64,000 nt of DNA from Macrostomum lignano (taxonomy: Eukaryota). The notes under the pieces are model-generated. The model searched no databases. It saw nothing but the letters and a program-made list of their open reading frames with translations, and was not told where the DNA came from. This document shows, piece after piece, positions 1 through 60,300 of this stretch. Both the position numbers and the translations under genes were made by a program. Position 1 is the stretch's first letter. Every line of letters begins with the position of its first letter. Location of the stretch: the NCBI GenBank assembly GCA_002269645.1, contig NIVC01001986.1, positions 19,177 to 83,176 on the forward strand. The letters are read 5' to 3'.

Positions 1-300
1 CACAAGCGCTGTATGATGTGCGTGCAATTTAATTAAATTCTGTCAGTATAGCATTTACGCTCGTATGCGTGACAAAATTGAAGGCAACCCCAAAATTAAT
101 CTTTTAATATACATACACGTAGGCGATGCCTTTCTTCATTGCGCTAATCTCCCCGGCAAACACGCTTTTCGCAAAACACTGATTTGCCAAATTAAGCGGT
201 TATCAACTATTTAAGCAATTAGCTTATTGATATAGTGCTGAGTTAATTAGCTCTTAATTGATCTCGGCAGGGCATTCCGACCATCAGATTTCATACCCTT

Positions 301-540
301 TTAGGGACCACCTCACGCCGCGCACCCACCACCCAAGAGTTTTTATCATTATTCCAAGCTAACCCCCACCCCGCCCACCCACCACCCCAAGAGTTTCAAT
401 CCTTATCTTAGGGGACCTCTCACGCCATGCACTCACCACCCCAAGACTTTCTGTCTTTATCTTAGGCAAACCCTCACCCCGCCCACCCACCACCCCAAGA
501 GTTTCAATCCTTATCTTAGGGGACCTCTCACGCCACGCGC
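301..540. repeat. Degenerate ~52-bp tandem repeat (CACCCACCACCCCAAGAG core) in the last intron of the DEG/ENaC gene
   Basis: About 4.5 copies of CACCCACCACCCCAAGAGTTTCAATCCTTATCTTAGG-like units; source of the spurious 359-544 ORF. Confidence 0.85.
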
Positions 541-579
541 CCATTTCACACTTTCGTTTTCACACTCACACAACTCTAG

Positions 580-1204
580 GCTGGTGTGCGGCCTAAAAAT
601 CGAGCTGTCATCTGACCCAACTTCGAGCCACGGCGAGACCCAATGCCCCCAGCCTTGCGAAGAAATCTCCTATCGCACAACGGCCTATCAATCGTTGTGG
701 CCGCCAAAATCGAACGAGATCGATTTCTACCGCTATCACATCAAAGGAAACTCGCATCTGGCTAGCAAATTCAAAGTCTACGCCGAGGCTAGCGCCCTAA
801 TTGACAGCGGTCGCCTCAGCGAAGCTACGGCTCTATTAGACAATCTTGGCACCGATCTAATCAGAGAGAATTTCCTTAGATTGCACGTGTTCCGCCCGGA
901 CATTATGCTAACAATTAGCGAAGAAAAACTCCAGATCACCTTGGAGGCCCTGATTTCTCAAATCGGTGGCGCGTTCTCGCTCTGGGCCGGCCTGACCATC
1001 ATTACTACTGTTGAACTCATAGAGCTGCTGTACTATGTGGCAAAGCGAGTCGTTGTTTCCTTGTCGGGGGCGCGTCCTGCCACGCAATCGGATGATGGCG
1101 CCGAAGCGGCGCCAAGAAAGCAGTCGGAGCCTGGCGGAAGCTCCGACTTGATTAGCGGCGGGGGCGGGGGCGGCTTTGCCACTCAGACTTTTAGCAAACT
1201 CTGA
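580..1204 (+). CDS. Terminal exon of a DEG/ENaC (ASIC/FaNaC-like) sodium channel subunit
   Basis: Acceptor CTCTAG at 579; encodes CPQPCEEISY (end of the Cys-rich domain), ENFLRLHVF and TM2 LISQIGGAFSLWAGLTIITTVELIELLY, typical of DEG/ENaC; TGA at 1202-1204; upstream exons lie outside the window. Confidence 0.9.
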
Positions 1205-1419
1205 CGAAATGCAGCCATGTGCAACTATAATTGATGTATGACTTTTTAAACTATTTTCAAACTTTTATGTGAGCGAATGATTTATAATATTTGTAATTAT
1301 TAATATTTGAAGGTCTGGAAGATTCATGACCAATAATTGATGAAATTCTTGACTGTGTAACATATGTATCGATTTTTTCTATTGGCTAATTTATCGGTTG
1401 ATCATTTGATTAGAAAATT

Positions 1420-1640
1420 GATAGATGGATAGAAGATTTGATTGGTTTATTGATTGATTAATTGATGGATTGATTTACTCGTTGGTTGGTTGGTTGATTG
1501 ACTGGTTAATTAATTGATTTATTGGCTGAATGATTAATTGATTGATTGATTGATTGTGATTGATTGATTGATTGATTGATTGATTCATTGATTGATTCAT
1601 TGATTGTGATTGATTGATTGATTGATTGTTTGATTAATTG
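1420..1640. repeat. (GATT)n microsatellite
   Basis: Imperfect GATT/TGAT runs downstream of the channel stop codon. Confidence 0.9.
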
Positions 1641-2424
1641 AAACATATATATTTCTCATATTTTGATTCGTCTTATTGTATACTGTAATCATTGTATAAT
1701 ATTTATTGATTTTTTTCAGCTTATTGATTTTTCGATGCAATAAATGTAATCGAACCATATACGTTTAGAAATTTTATTCAAGATTCTATCTTGTAAAAAT
1801 ATATTAGAGACGATAAAACTAATGAGAAACACTATTGAGTTTTTACAACCATCTGTTTTTACAAGCAGCAACCATCAGTTTAATAGCAGATATGGTTGTA
1901 AAGTTATGCCACACTATAGCTAGTAGAGAGCCCTGAAAACACGGCTTAACATCTTTCAAATATTCATGCCACCATACTCGTATTTTAATGCAGTTTGTAT
2001 TGACCTGAGCCTGAGTTCATCTGCCCCTACGCCCAGATGATAATTAATATTTCATATTTGGCTGCGTACAAATTTATGCACATTGAGGAGTACGCATATA
2101 GAGTCGACTCAGAATATTCTGATGAAGAAGAGGAGAGTTGAGCAGCTGCTGATAGCTGTGTTAGGATATCCTACATGGCTTCTATCCCCCTCCCCTGCTT
2201 AATGCGCAGTGCGTGACTCTAGCAAGTGTGAGAACATCTGTTCATCATCAAACAGTCTCCCATGTTGTTGCTTTCTTGTCCAGACAGACAGAAGATGAAA
2301 AATACAAGTTAAATATAGCACAGTCATGATTGCTGTGTACCAATACACCTTGTATTGATATGCAAAATAATGGTTAGAGTAGAAAAAATACATGTATTGT
2401 GTAGCGACATTATCAATAGCATTG

Positions 2425-3168
2425 TCGCTGGCGCCCCTTTGTGCTGGCGCCCCTTTGTGCTGGCGCCCCTCTATGCTGGCGCCCCTTTGTGCTGGCGCCC
2501 CTTTGTGCTGGCGCCCCTTTGTGCTGGCGCCCCTTTGTGCTGGCGCCCCTTTGTGCTGGCGCCCCTTTGTGCTGGCGCCCCTTTGTGCTGGGCGCCTCTA
2601 TGCTGGCGCCCCTCTATGCTGGCGCCCCTTTGTGCTAAAGCCCCTTTGTGCTGGCGCCCCTTTGTGCTGGCGCCCCTTTGTGCTGGCGCCCCTTTGTGCT
2701 GGCGCCCATTTGTGCTGGGCCCCTCTATGCTGGCGCCCCTCTATGCTGGCGCCCCTTTGTGCTAAAGCCCCTTGGTGCTAAAGCCCCTTGGTGCTAAAGC
2801 CTCTTGGTGCTAAAGCCCCTTGGTGCTAAAGCCCCTTGGTGCTAAAGCCTCTTGGTGCTAAAGCCCCTTGGTGCTAAAGCCCCTTGGTGCTAAAGCCCCT
2901 TGGTGCTAAAGCCCCTTGGTGCTGGCGCCCCTTGGTGCTGGCGCCCCTTGGTGCTGGCGCCCCTTGGTGCTGGCGCCCCTTGGTGCTGGCGCCCCTTGGT
3001 GCTGGCGCCCCTTGGTGCTGGCGCCCCTTGGTGCTGGCGCCCCTTGGTGCTGGCGCCCCTTGGTGCTGGCGCCCCTTGGTGCTGGCGCCCCTTGGTGCTG
3101 GCGCCCCTTGGTGCTGGCGCCCCTTGGTGCTGGCGCCCCTTGGTGCTGGCGCCCCTTGGTGCTAAAGC
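2425..3168. repeat. 16-bp minisatellite (GCTGGCGCCCCTTTGT / GCTAAAGCCCCTTGGT / GCTGGCGCCCCTTGGT)
   Basis: About 46 tandem copies in three variant zones; intergenic. Confidence 0.97.
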
Positions 3169-4630
3169 CCTATCACAGGATTTTGCCGAAAAAATCTAGG
3201 CTAAGTCCCATTCCCTGCTCTGCATTACACTTTTACATGTACTGACCCAGTCGCGATCTCTCACTTTCCCTAAAGCAAACACTTTGATCAAGTCCATGCG
3301 CAGATATGTGCACCCAACATTGAGTTTGCATAGTAAATGCGCAGAGTGCAGCTAAATAAATAACTTCTCCGCGATCTCCGCAGATTGCATTGGCACACCA
3401 ATAGATATTGGACTTTTAGTTGCTATTTTACTAATAATAGCGGTACAGCATAGATTCAATCGACCTAAAAAATTTGCGCGTACACAACTATTATAGCAAA
3501 ATAAATACATGGTTTTCCTCAGCTCTGCTTGCATATGGGGCGTGGCCTGAATTAAGGATTATATGCCATGGGTAATCACAATTAAAGGGATCGAGAGGAG
3601 TTAATAAAGACTTGATGAGATGGAAATTTTTGAGATAAGCATTCAGTGTAATACATTATATCTAGCTAACATGTAAGTAACACACAAATCAAGTATTTGT
3701 GATTCTAAATGAGCTGAATGTTATTTTAAGTATATGCAAATGTGAACTTTCACGTTGTACTTATATGATTATCTAGATACGTGTACATATAGCTGCATAT
3801 TTCCTATTTTAAGTACGCTCGTTAAAATACGCTTTTCATCAATTTAACAGTGACAAGATTTTCTCACAGATTTTCCTTCTTAAGAGTTTCTTGTTAAATT
3901 ATGTCTTATAATATTGTTGGCGTATGAGTGTACCATGTACCGCTGATCATAAAGGTGCACAGGCTTCTAACATGTGTTCCAGAAACGTAAGTACATGTAG
4001 ATCAGCGTCGGTCTATCCTTTGAAATGTGCACGTGTTTAACGAACGCGAAAGAAATATGTCCATCATCGAAGTAAAATATAGTGTACATATTGGAGTATA
4101 GGCCGGAAAAATTCAACACTTCGTTACTACTAAATAATCCGCTCTAAATAATCCCTGGGTTCAGCGTTCAACATAAGATGTACATGCAGCTGCACAACGA
4201 TGCGCACTTCCTTAATTTCCATATTCACAAAGCGTATTCATTAGACCGTTTTACATTTACATTAACATTTAAGAGTGTAAAAATGTCTAAAAAATAAGAA
4301 ATTAGATAAAATGTCTAATGTATTTTTTCTGAAGACTAACAAATTACGAGTACTTTTTGTTAACGTAGGTGCATGGTGCGCGTTAATTTTACGCGTTATT
4401 TTAAAATCACAATAAAAAAAAACAGATCTAACAGATTCTATTTAATATTCTTAAATCAGCTGACCGCTTTGTCTTATAACTTTTTTGCATTTTAACTTAA
4501 TGTAATTGGTTTACTCAAGTGAACCTTCCGAACTGGGTTAGACAGAGAAAGTAGTGTGCAATAAAAATTGCTACTGTAAAGATGATGTTGCACAGAGCCT
4601 TTTCGTGAAATCGGACTTTTTATCTTAAGA

Positions 4631-51480
<46,850 letters not shown>

Positions 51481-54202
51481 TAGATACTAAATAATATCTG
51501 TTCGAGGTGTTGGAGAGCTCTATTTACACGTAAATGCAAGTAAAGTACATTGGAGTTTCCTACTGAGCTTATATAGTAACACAAAAATGTGTATTTTTAC
51601 GAGTAAAGATAAATGTGTTTGTCTCAAGACTTGCGTCTGCGCTTTTAAACCATCTATTTCTATTGTGACCTTTGTTGAGCTTACTTTTTGTTCTGCTTTT
51701 GTGGTTCCCATTTTGACCGTTTAATGACACACTATTTTTATTTTTGCAAACGATTTTGTTGATAGCTGCACCTGTTGCACATGCACAGGAATATTGCAAT
51801 CCGATTTTTGCTTTTTGCATTGTTTGTTATAGAATAATTATTTATGACGTAATTTTACTTGACGAGAAGATTCCAAATACAATTGTTACGAAGGTATGTT
51901 AGCTCTCACCTAAGATATAAGTTTCTAATATTCTCTTGGGGAGAATTAACTATCAGCCATAGAAGAATCTCCCTTATAATTAAGTTACATTAAAATGCAA
52001 GAGATCAATGTGTTCAGAGCGTGTCCACTTGGATTCGCAGCTGAAGAATTAATTGTTTCTTGCAACCAACACGTGTATAGCCTGACACGTGTCTAAAGTG
52101 CTTACGAGCGTACGATCAAGAGCGACGCGGTGGAATAGAAACAATATATGGTCAGTTTCTGTATAGGCAAAAGGACAGGCCACAGCCCCACTTTTGTTCA
52201 ATTGGTAACATTGTGAAAATTAACCGAGCTTATTTGTAGATGACGTACATTGACGTAGATTAGTCTTTTTGTCTTACTAGTCGGCCATCTTTTCTGTGTT
52301 TTCCTCGTTGTGTCTTAACTATATAATTAAAAAATATATTTGTTTCAGTCCTGAAAGTGCAGTCAGCTGTGTACGAGTATTAAGTTTCAGGTATATATAT
52401 ACCCTGAACATTATAATATTATATTATTCCTAAATGGTATCTTGATTTTTCTGAACCTTTTTTCCACTTTGTAACGCTGTGTTGCGAGCGTAGTTAATCG
52501 ATTTTATTACTGGTACTTACAGCTTTGTAGATGTGCATCGGTAGAATTAATGAATATTTTTGCAGATTTGTTTTTCATTTATTCTTCTTTTGCATTCGTA
52601 AACGAATATTTTTTATCAGTCAACGAGGACTCGTTTTGTTTAACCCGTTTCAGGATTGGACAAGACGTTTTGCTTCTTATTCGTTCAACATTCGTTTGTT
52701 TTTTAAACCTAATTTAAATAGAGCGCCATCTTGAAAGTAAACACTACCAGTATTGTCTGTTAAAACAATATTTGGACAAAATTCTTTTTTTGAGTTGTTC
52801 AAATCGGCAAATTTTATTTAGGCCGGCCCTGTTAACTGTTCTGTCAAAATTGATTTTTTAAATATTGTGCCCCGTATAAACATATTTTGTTAATTCCAGA
52901 AAGTTTTTTTTTCAAAACGAGTTAAGTCATTTTGATGGCAAGTTGATACCTCAGTCAGATTTTTAAAAAAATTTAAATTAAGAAACTAATCTTTTATAAA
53001 TGTTTTCTACTGTTGTTCGGATACTGGGCTATATTGTTGTGTTAATTCTGTTAACTCGCTATATTGTAATACTGATATACTGTAATACCGTAACTGATAT
53101 ATTAAAAAAATCAGTTTATACTAAACGTTGATAAGATACAAGGAGGTTTAGGCAGTCTAGCATCGTTGTCTGTGTGACAAAAATGGCAACACTGAAGTCT
53201 TCAAGAAATTATTTTGCTTTTTATAACATTTAAAAGTGATGAAAGATAATTGCTTGATCAAGATTAGCTAATACAACACTTGTACTGACTATACGGTGTA
53301 TTTGATCAACTTATATTAGCCTACTCAGTCTATGCAGCAATTGCTTAAACACAAATTCAGCACTTGCATCTGACAGAAATTGTTGGAAAGTATCTGCATT
53401 TTTAGAAGCAATTAAATATACACATAGGTCTACTGTGCAGATAGTCTGAGAGTAAGCGTTGATTAATAGATGATAAATATTACTTTAAGACTTAAGTATA
53501 TCAAGAGACGAAAAAAAGTTTAACCACTGCTAATAACTCTATAACAGCAATGCTCAAAATAACTATAGATGAGTTGATAACTTATTAAATATGATAGACA
53601 ACAGAAAAAAACTGAATAAAATAAAATTTACCTCTAAGCTATGAGAACTTATTGTATAGCCAGGGACTACATACTCAATACTAGGGATAGAAAACTACAA
53701 GAGTTAGAGGCCGATCTATTAATAAATTAGTCCTAGAGAAGCATCGCTTGTATAGGTTTTTACCACAGACACAAACTTACTGACTACAAGGTAGATCCTA
53801 TCTAAGTAATGCTTTTTCGAAGACAAAGTTATTAATACGCTCGTAGATCGGCCTCTAACTTTTGTAGTTTCCGTCCAGAGTATTGAGTAGTCCCAGCTTA
53901 AAACACGAGTAATATTGTTGTGGTTAATACATTTTTAATAATAGGAGGAATAGCAAGTCCTACATAATCAAACAAATTAATAAGGAAAATATTATTGTTG
54001 CATATTATGCATTCAGGATACGACGCACAGACTTTTCACTTTTTACTGATGCTTTCAATTGGATATTAAGACATTCAGTGAAAACAGTACAGTAGGAATC
54101 TTAATGTTTATGTTGATAAATTTACTAATCAGTAATCAGGGCAGTGTAACCATTCACATTATTTAATCCATGACAAGTTTATTTATATCACATATTGAAG
54201 CT

Positions 54203-54302
54203 TTAAACACGATCCCATTCACGCAGAATAATGGCCATTGTGAGGTTGTGCAGCTGAGGCCCAATCAGAGGATTCTTCTGAGCCAGAATCATAATTAGCC
54301 AA
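54203..54302 (-). CDS. ATP6V0E: V-ATPase e exon 3
   Basis: TTTCAG acceptor, WLIMILAQKNPLIGPQL...DRV*; AATAAA ~25 nt downstream. Confidence 0.95.
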
Positions 54303-57300
54303 CTGAAATAGTAATGAGGTAGTGCCACTCGCTAATTACTATTGAAAACGAACATTTTGTACTAACTTGACTTTGCGCGAGACGGTAAATCTCGTTATTC
54401 ATTTCCAGAGTTCAGAGAATAGAATAGTTCGGAGATGTTTACTAAGAGAGGGAGTAGGGAATTCTTTAAAGAGATACGAAGAGCCGCACTGTGACACTCT
54501 AATCTCGGTAACGCTTGGATTGGAAACCAGTGACAGTACATGTACCAGTAAAGTCCGCTCAGACTATAATACGAGTGCATTAAACTGCTACCGTAATACA
54601 CTAAACTGCTACCGTAATACACTAAACTGCTATCATAATACAGTAGACCGCTAACAGATAAGTGTTATAATTAAACTATTAATTCTTAGAAGGAAATTAC
54701 AAGTATTGAGTATTGAGTAATACTCAATTGAGTAGTTAGTAATTACAGTAATTAATTACAGTATGTAATTTGTGGTAGGTGGGTCTACCACTGATTTTTT
54801 GGTCATTTCTCGAAATTTGCATGCGCGCGCGTAACTCCGTTGTTTGTAATCATTATTGTTGCCCCGTGTTGGGACACCGGAGAGCAGGCACCGGCGGGTT
54901 CCCATGTCCCCCGATTGGTTCCACTCCTGGCCTCTCCGTTGGTCCCTTCCCTTCGCCTTTTTCTGGCCTAAGTCTCTCCATCCCTTGGTTGCTTGTCTTT
55001 TCTTTTAATTTTACTAGTAATCCTGCCTGCTCCACTGCCTGCCCCATTGTTTGCCCCACTGCCTGTCCCATTGCGTGCCCCACTTGATGAACCGCTTTTA
55101 TGCTCAAAACTATACATATATATACCTGTAACTTCTCGACTTTTAATTCCTCTTCTGCTTCTTCTTCTTATGCTATTACTTTTGCCCTGTTAGTTTATTT
55201 ACTATACTTCGTCTTGTCTAGCATTAACAATCTAATCTAATACTAGATTGTTAATCTAATACTCGCACCGCGGCACCTGAGGACGCAACTTAACATAAGC
55301 GGATACGCTGAATTAATATCCAGTTTAAACAATAATAAAAATAAACCACAATAAGCCCCTAGCATTGTCTTCAATAATTCGACCATGAAGCGTAACATAA
55401 CCAAATTCTCAACACTAAGCAAGCTCTGAGAATCAAAAATACCATAATACGTAAATTACGATAGTGGCAGCACTACGCTACTCTTAGTAAGCTTTGCCGC
55501 GAAATTAACGTACATTGAACTTCGGTGTCTGAGGACCCAAAGCTTGAACGACCGCGCCTATTTACGACTGCATGACTACGACTTCAACTACCCTTCCCCG
55601 GGAATTGAGGACCCTGGCAGATGGAGTAACCAGGCGGAATTTTCTGAGATTTGACAGCGCAATCTGCTAGCTTGATTCGTGTGAACTCAACGCAGGCGGC
55701 ACTTCAAATTTGCTAACCACCTCAACTTTTAAATTTGTTCCACAAACCGCCCCCACCTCCAACTGTTATTGAAGAAACCCCTAGTACAATCTGGTGGCAT
55801 TAGAAGAATTTGTTAAGACAGAGGCAAAACGCCTATTAAAACTTGGTGGTTTAATGGAGGGATATTGAAAAAAGACAGAAGTAAGCCCTGGGACAACTTG
55901 GTAATAGCTGTGTGATTATTCTAGAGTAGAGGTTTTAGGCCTATTACAAATTTGGTGGCAGCGGTGGCATAAAAGTAACAGACCTACAGTAAAAGAGTAC
56001 AATTTGAACTTTAACAATAATGAAGTATTTGTTTGAAAACAATTGAAAAAATATGCAAACAAACAGTAATAGAACTTACAATAAGTAGCAACAGGCAGCA
56101 GTCAACACAAGCATTGTCTGAATCAGTCTAAAAATGAAAAAAAGTCATTTAGGTTGTAAGTTTAAAATGCACTTTTTAAATTCATCTTTTGTAACTGTAG
56201 TTATTATAATAAACAAAACAACATGCTGAACACAAGTGTGACATAGGCCTATACTAGTAGCTTATGAATATAATCAGACAACAGCTAATTAAAATCACAA
56301 TAAAGGCTTTCCAAAAAAGCTAAATTATTAAAAATTTGTTAATTTACTTAAAGAAACTTTTTTTGAAAGAAGAGGATAAGGTTGACTCCTGGATGAAAGC
56401 TTTGCCATTGCAGCAAAGGAAAGGTAACATTTCACTGCGCACAGGGGCATATGCCGCAAGCATTGGCCAGAGGATGCTAGAATGAAGCAAGTGGGGCCTT
56501 GACTCTCAATTGGCACATGGGTGGTCTTGGCAGTTGGGACAGATTCCTACTGTCAAAACATTGTTGAGACACATCTTATGCGCTGCACTCCCTGACAGTG
56601 CATCTGTTTAACTATATTCAATGAGGTTTATGTACAACCTTCTCTGTGTCTTTGTGGGTGTCATATCATTTGATAGCCAGAGGATACTCCAGATAAGCTA
56701 GCATGTACAGGCATCTGCATTTGTAGCCTGGCTCATCCCCATTTACAATCTTCATCCAGAAATTTTTTCAACCAAGTAATTCATCTTATCTAAATTGTAC
56801 ACACATTTGGTAGGACAATTGTGAATATGTGTGACAACCTTTACTAAGTGCCTTTTACTTTACTTGACCACTTTGTTTTTTTGATGCTTTCATTTTGAGG
56901 ACAGTTCATTGTCATCTTTGTGTCTTTGTGTTGCTTCATTTTAGACAAGTTCAGAAATTGCGCTACAAGCATACCAAGTATAATTATTGAATAAGTGTAG
57001 TTCCCATCATTCGATATTCATTCTTGTTGCTATCTTAGCTACTTCCTCAATGCTTCTACACTTTAGAACTGCATCTAGGAATCCATTATTTCTGGTATTT
57101 CTTTATTCTTTGTTAAAAAATTTCACCTTGTTCATCTCTTTGAGAAAATACAAAGGACTGGTAAGGATTCATGCATATAATTGGCTTTACTCACTAGACT
57201 TTTTAATTTCTATTAATGTATTATACACACTTGCTTCACAAGCAAAAAGGCTACTAAAACCATAACACCAAAATACATAAACCAAAACACATACATTCAA

Positions 57301-60300
57301 AGCAGCCTTTTAGAATTATGCCAATATTTGCAAGTGTAATATCTTGTTGTTAAGTAGTCCATGCTAATTTGACATACCACTGGTATCTAAGGCAAGGGTT
57401 GGCAAAATTTTACTTCAATGGCCAGATAGAGAATATAGTGCATGACTGTGGGCAAGAGAAGGGGAAGAGGACAGGAAGAGAGAAGAGAAAAAGGAAGAAA
57501 GAGAGGTAAGGAAAAGAAAGGAAAAGAGAAAAGGAGAGGAAAGAAGAGAAGAGGAAAGGAAAGGAGATTAGAGAAGAGAGCTGAGAAGAGACACGTCGTA
57601 AACGTTGAATAGGCTAGAAAAGGTTTTTGAGGGCCATATGTGGCCTGCAGGCTTGAGTTTGCCAACCTCAAATCTAAGGATATAAAATTGCTAATTAGGA
57701 TAATATGATATTTTTAATAGACATGTAACTAGTCTTTTTTTAATATTTCTATCATTATAGCTAACTATATAGAATATAAAAAATGATAAAATATAACAAA
57801 ATGGTACATATACCATGGTTATACTAAATTTTATCAAGAATATATAAGTATATATGTATATACAAAATATAATATGCATTTTTATACAAAATAAACTGCT
57901 CCTCAATATGTTTGATAGGATATGGTTTCATAATTTGAATAGTATATAAAAAGACTAAAGCCACTAAGCTTTGCAGACAAACCTGATTAACATAGGCTAG
58001 GCCTAGACCTAACTGACCTTGTTGACTAGTTGATGTAATACACCAGATTCATACTTGATTAATACTCAACTTTAACTCAAGAATTGTAAAACTTCACTGA
58101 AAACAAGCAATTAATAGTAAAACTAATTTGTTTTTGCAATGTTTCATTTTATATATTTATTGTAGTATATATCTTACCATTGATATTAAAAGTAATATAG
58201 GATTAGCGTTAAGGTAATTTTATTCATTGACATTAAGCCATAGCCTATCTTGAGTTATTTGCCCTTGGGGCATAAAACAACCAATTAAAGTTCTCAGCTC
58301 AAAGAAAGCTCAGAGACTTGTTTGTTCCGTAATATGTAAATTATGGTGGTGGCAGCTCTACCCTACTGGAAGTAACAGGCTCAGAAAAATCAACACAATC
58401 AATTTTGGTTTCTGAATCTATGGTGTCTTATCATTTGAATGATCGCGCCGCTACACGACTGCTCTGCTACGATTACGACTACCCTCCCCCTATACTTGAG
58501 GACCCCAGCAGTTGGAGTAAAACAGGAGAAAATTCCATTGTGATTTGTCTGCACAATAATTTCCAGCTTTATTTGTGCAAATACAATGTCGACTGGTTTC
58601 GAAGAAACCCCAATTGAAAATCCCAAGTTTAATCAGTTTCCAATTATTTTTTCTTTATCTGCCCCACCTCAATTAGATTATAGAAAATAGTAAAAATATA
58701 TTGTATACTGTACTTTATAACATTTTACTAATTATTAAACTATTATTAAAAATAATAAAAACATATGACAATAAAATAGTTTTTTTTAAAGTTTATCTTA
58801 ATATCATTTTGACTATATTCTAAAACAAAAAACTCTACCATTTGCAAAACAAATTGTTCACCAAAATGGCCAGCTTTAGATAAATGAAATGGTCATTGCA
58901 AAAGTATTTTTTGCCATTATTGAATTTTACCAAAAATTACTTCAACAAAATGGGTTAAAACTTTTTATATTAGGGTAAAATTGCAAGTGTAGCTGATGTG
59001 GACTGCATGCTATGATTGAGTCAGCTTTTATCATAATTGAATAAACGGAGTACTTATAGGCACGGTGGCTGTGTCTATAATATTTGAGCTTGTGGGCATG
59101 GCAATAATCATCGATATAAAATGCATGTTCTATAGGGTTTTCTCTCAAGCAATTGGTGGCTCAGTGGATATGTCGATTGCCTCGTGATTTTGAGTAGCAG
59201 GGGTTTGAATCCCTAATGCTTAGAGATTTTTTAATTTGAAATTTTTTAGCAAATAAAAAAATTTTTCGCCTTGAATTTTTTCAGGTTTTTAAATAAAAAA
59301 ATAATAAATTAAAATAAATTAAATTAAATTTTTTAATAAGAGTAACACTTAATTTTAAAGTGCGGCCAATATGTATCGAAAGAATTTTTTTTTCATATAT
59401 AATTACGGCCACACTTTTTTAAGATTTTGTGTTACTCTTAAAAATTTAATTTAATTTAATTTATTTTTAAATTTCAAGTAAAAAAGCCCCCTGACAACTT
59501 TTCTCTTTTTTCATCCAATCGATGATTGTATACATGGTAGCCATGCCTTTAAGCTCCAACATTAGAGACACGGCCATCCACTGTGCCTCTAAGTATGAAC
59601 CTAGTCAATATTAATGACACGGGCACCTACCGTGCCATAGTTTGGATCGTGTAGTAGTGTATGCCGGAACAAGAATCCTATCTCAGCTAAATGTATGCCT
59701 GTGTATGCCAAAAACAAAAAATTCCCTAAAATGTACGCCAAAAATTCCTTCTAAAAAAGGTCATTCTGTTTTCACGAGTAGAGTTTTCTAAGAAAGGCTT
59801 TTGTACGAAAATTCTTTCAAATCTACAAATTTGCGAATATTTTTTTTTAAACAAACTTAAATTAAACCTACAGAAAAAAAATGCAAAATTTACATTCTTA
59901 GCAATAATTTACACAAGTTATATTCATTGTTAATTTTAAAAAAGCAAAAAGTTTATCACTTTTTTTCTAGACTATACTAATTTTCTTTCATTTTTACCTA
60001 AGAACTAAAAAAGGTTAATTTACATTACAATTTTATACATGGCATGAATTTATTCACCAAAATTGGTACGCCAAAAATTTCTTGAGCTCAAAGTGGTATG
60101 CCAAAATAGCCAAACTTTTCAATGGTACACTGGAAAATTCCGGCTTACATGTAACCTTCCTGAGTATGGACACCATGTCTCTAAGTGTGAACCCATTTAA
60201 TATTAACGACACAGCTACCATGCAATTTTTATTGACACGGCGACCATGTCTCTAATAGTGACTAGGTCCATACTTATAGACATGGCAACTGTGTCTATAA

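Noticed and set aside
1990-2393. Short acidic frame (IEEYAYRVDSEYSDEEEES) and a 64-aa minus ORF
   Set aside because: Too short and fragmented to assign; possibly a TE relic, but no diagnostic motif
2355-3245. Multiple overlapping Cys/Trp/Pro-rich ORFs (APLCWRPFVL repeats)
   Set aside because: Translation artefacts of a stop-poor 16-bp minisatellite; no splice context or homology
59150-59220. Functional tRNA gene
   Set aside because: A and B boxes are present, but the acceptor and anticodon stems do not pair well and the B box has a C-to-T change; kept only as a pseudogene or SINE head
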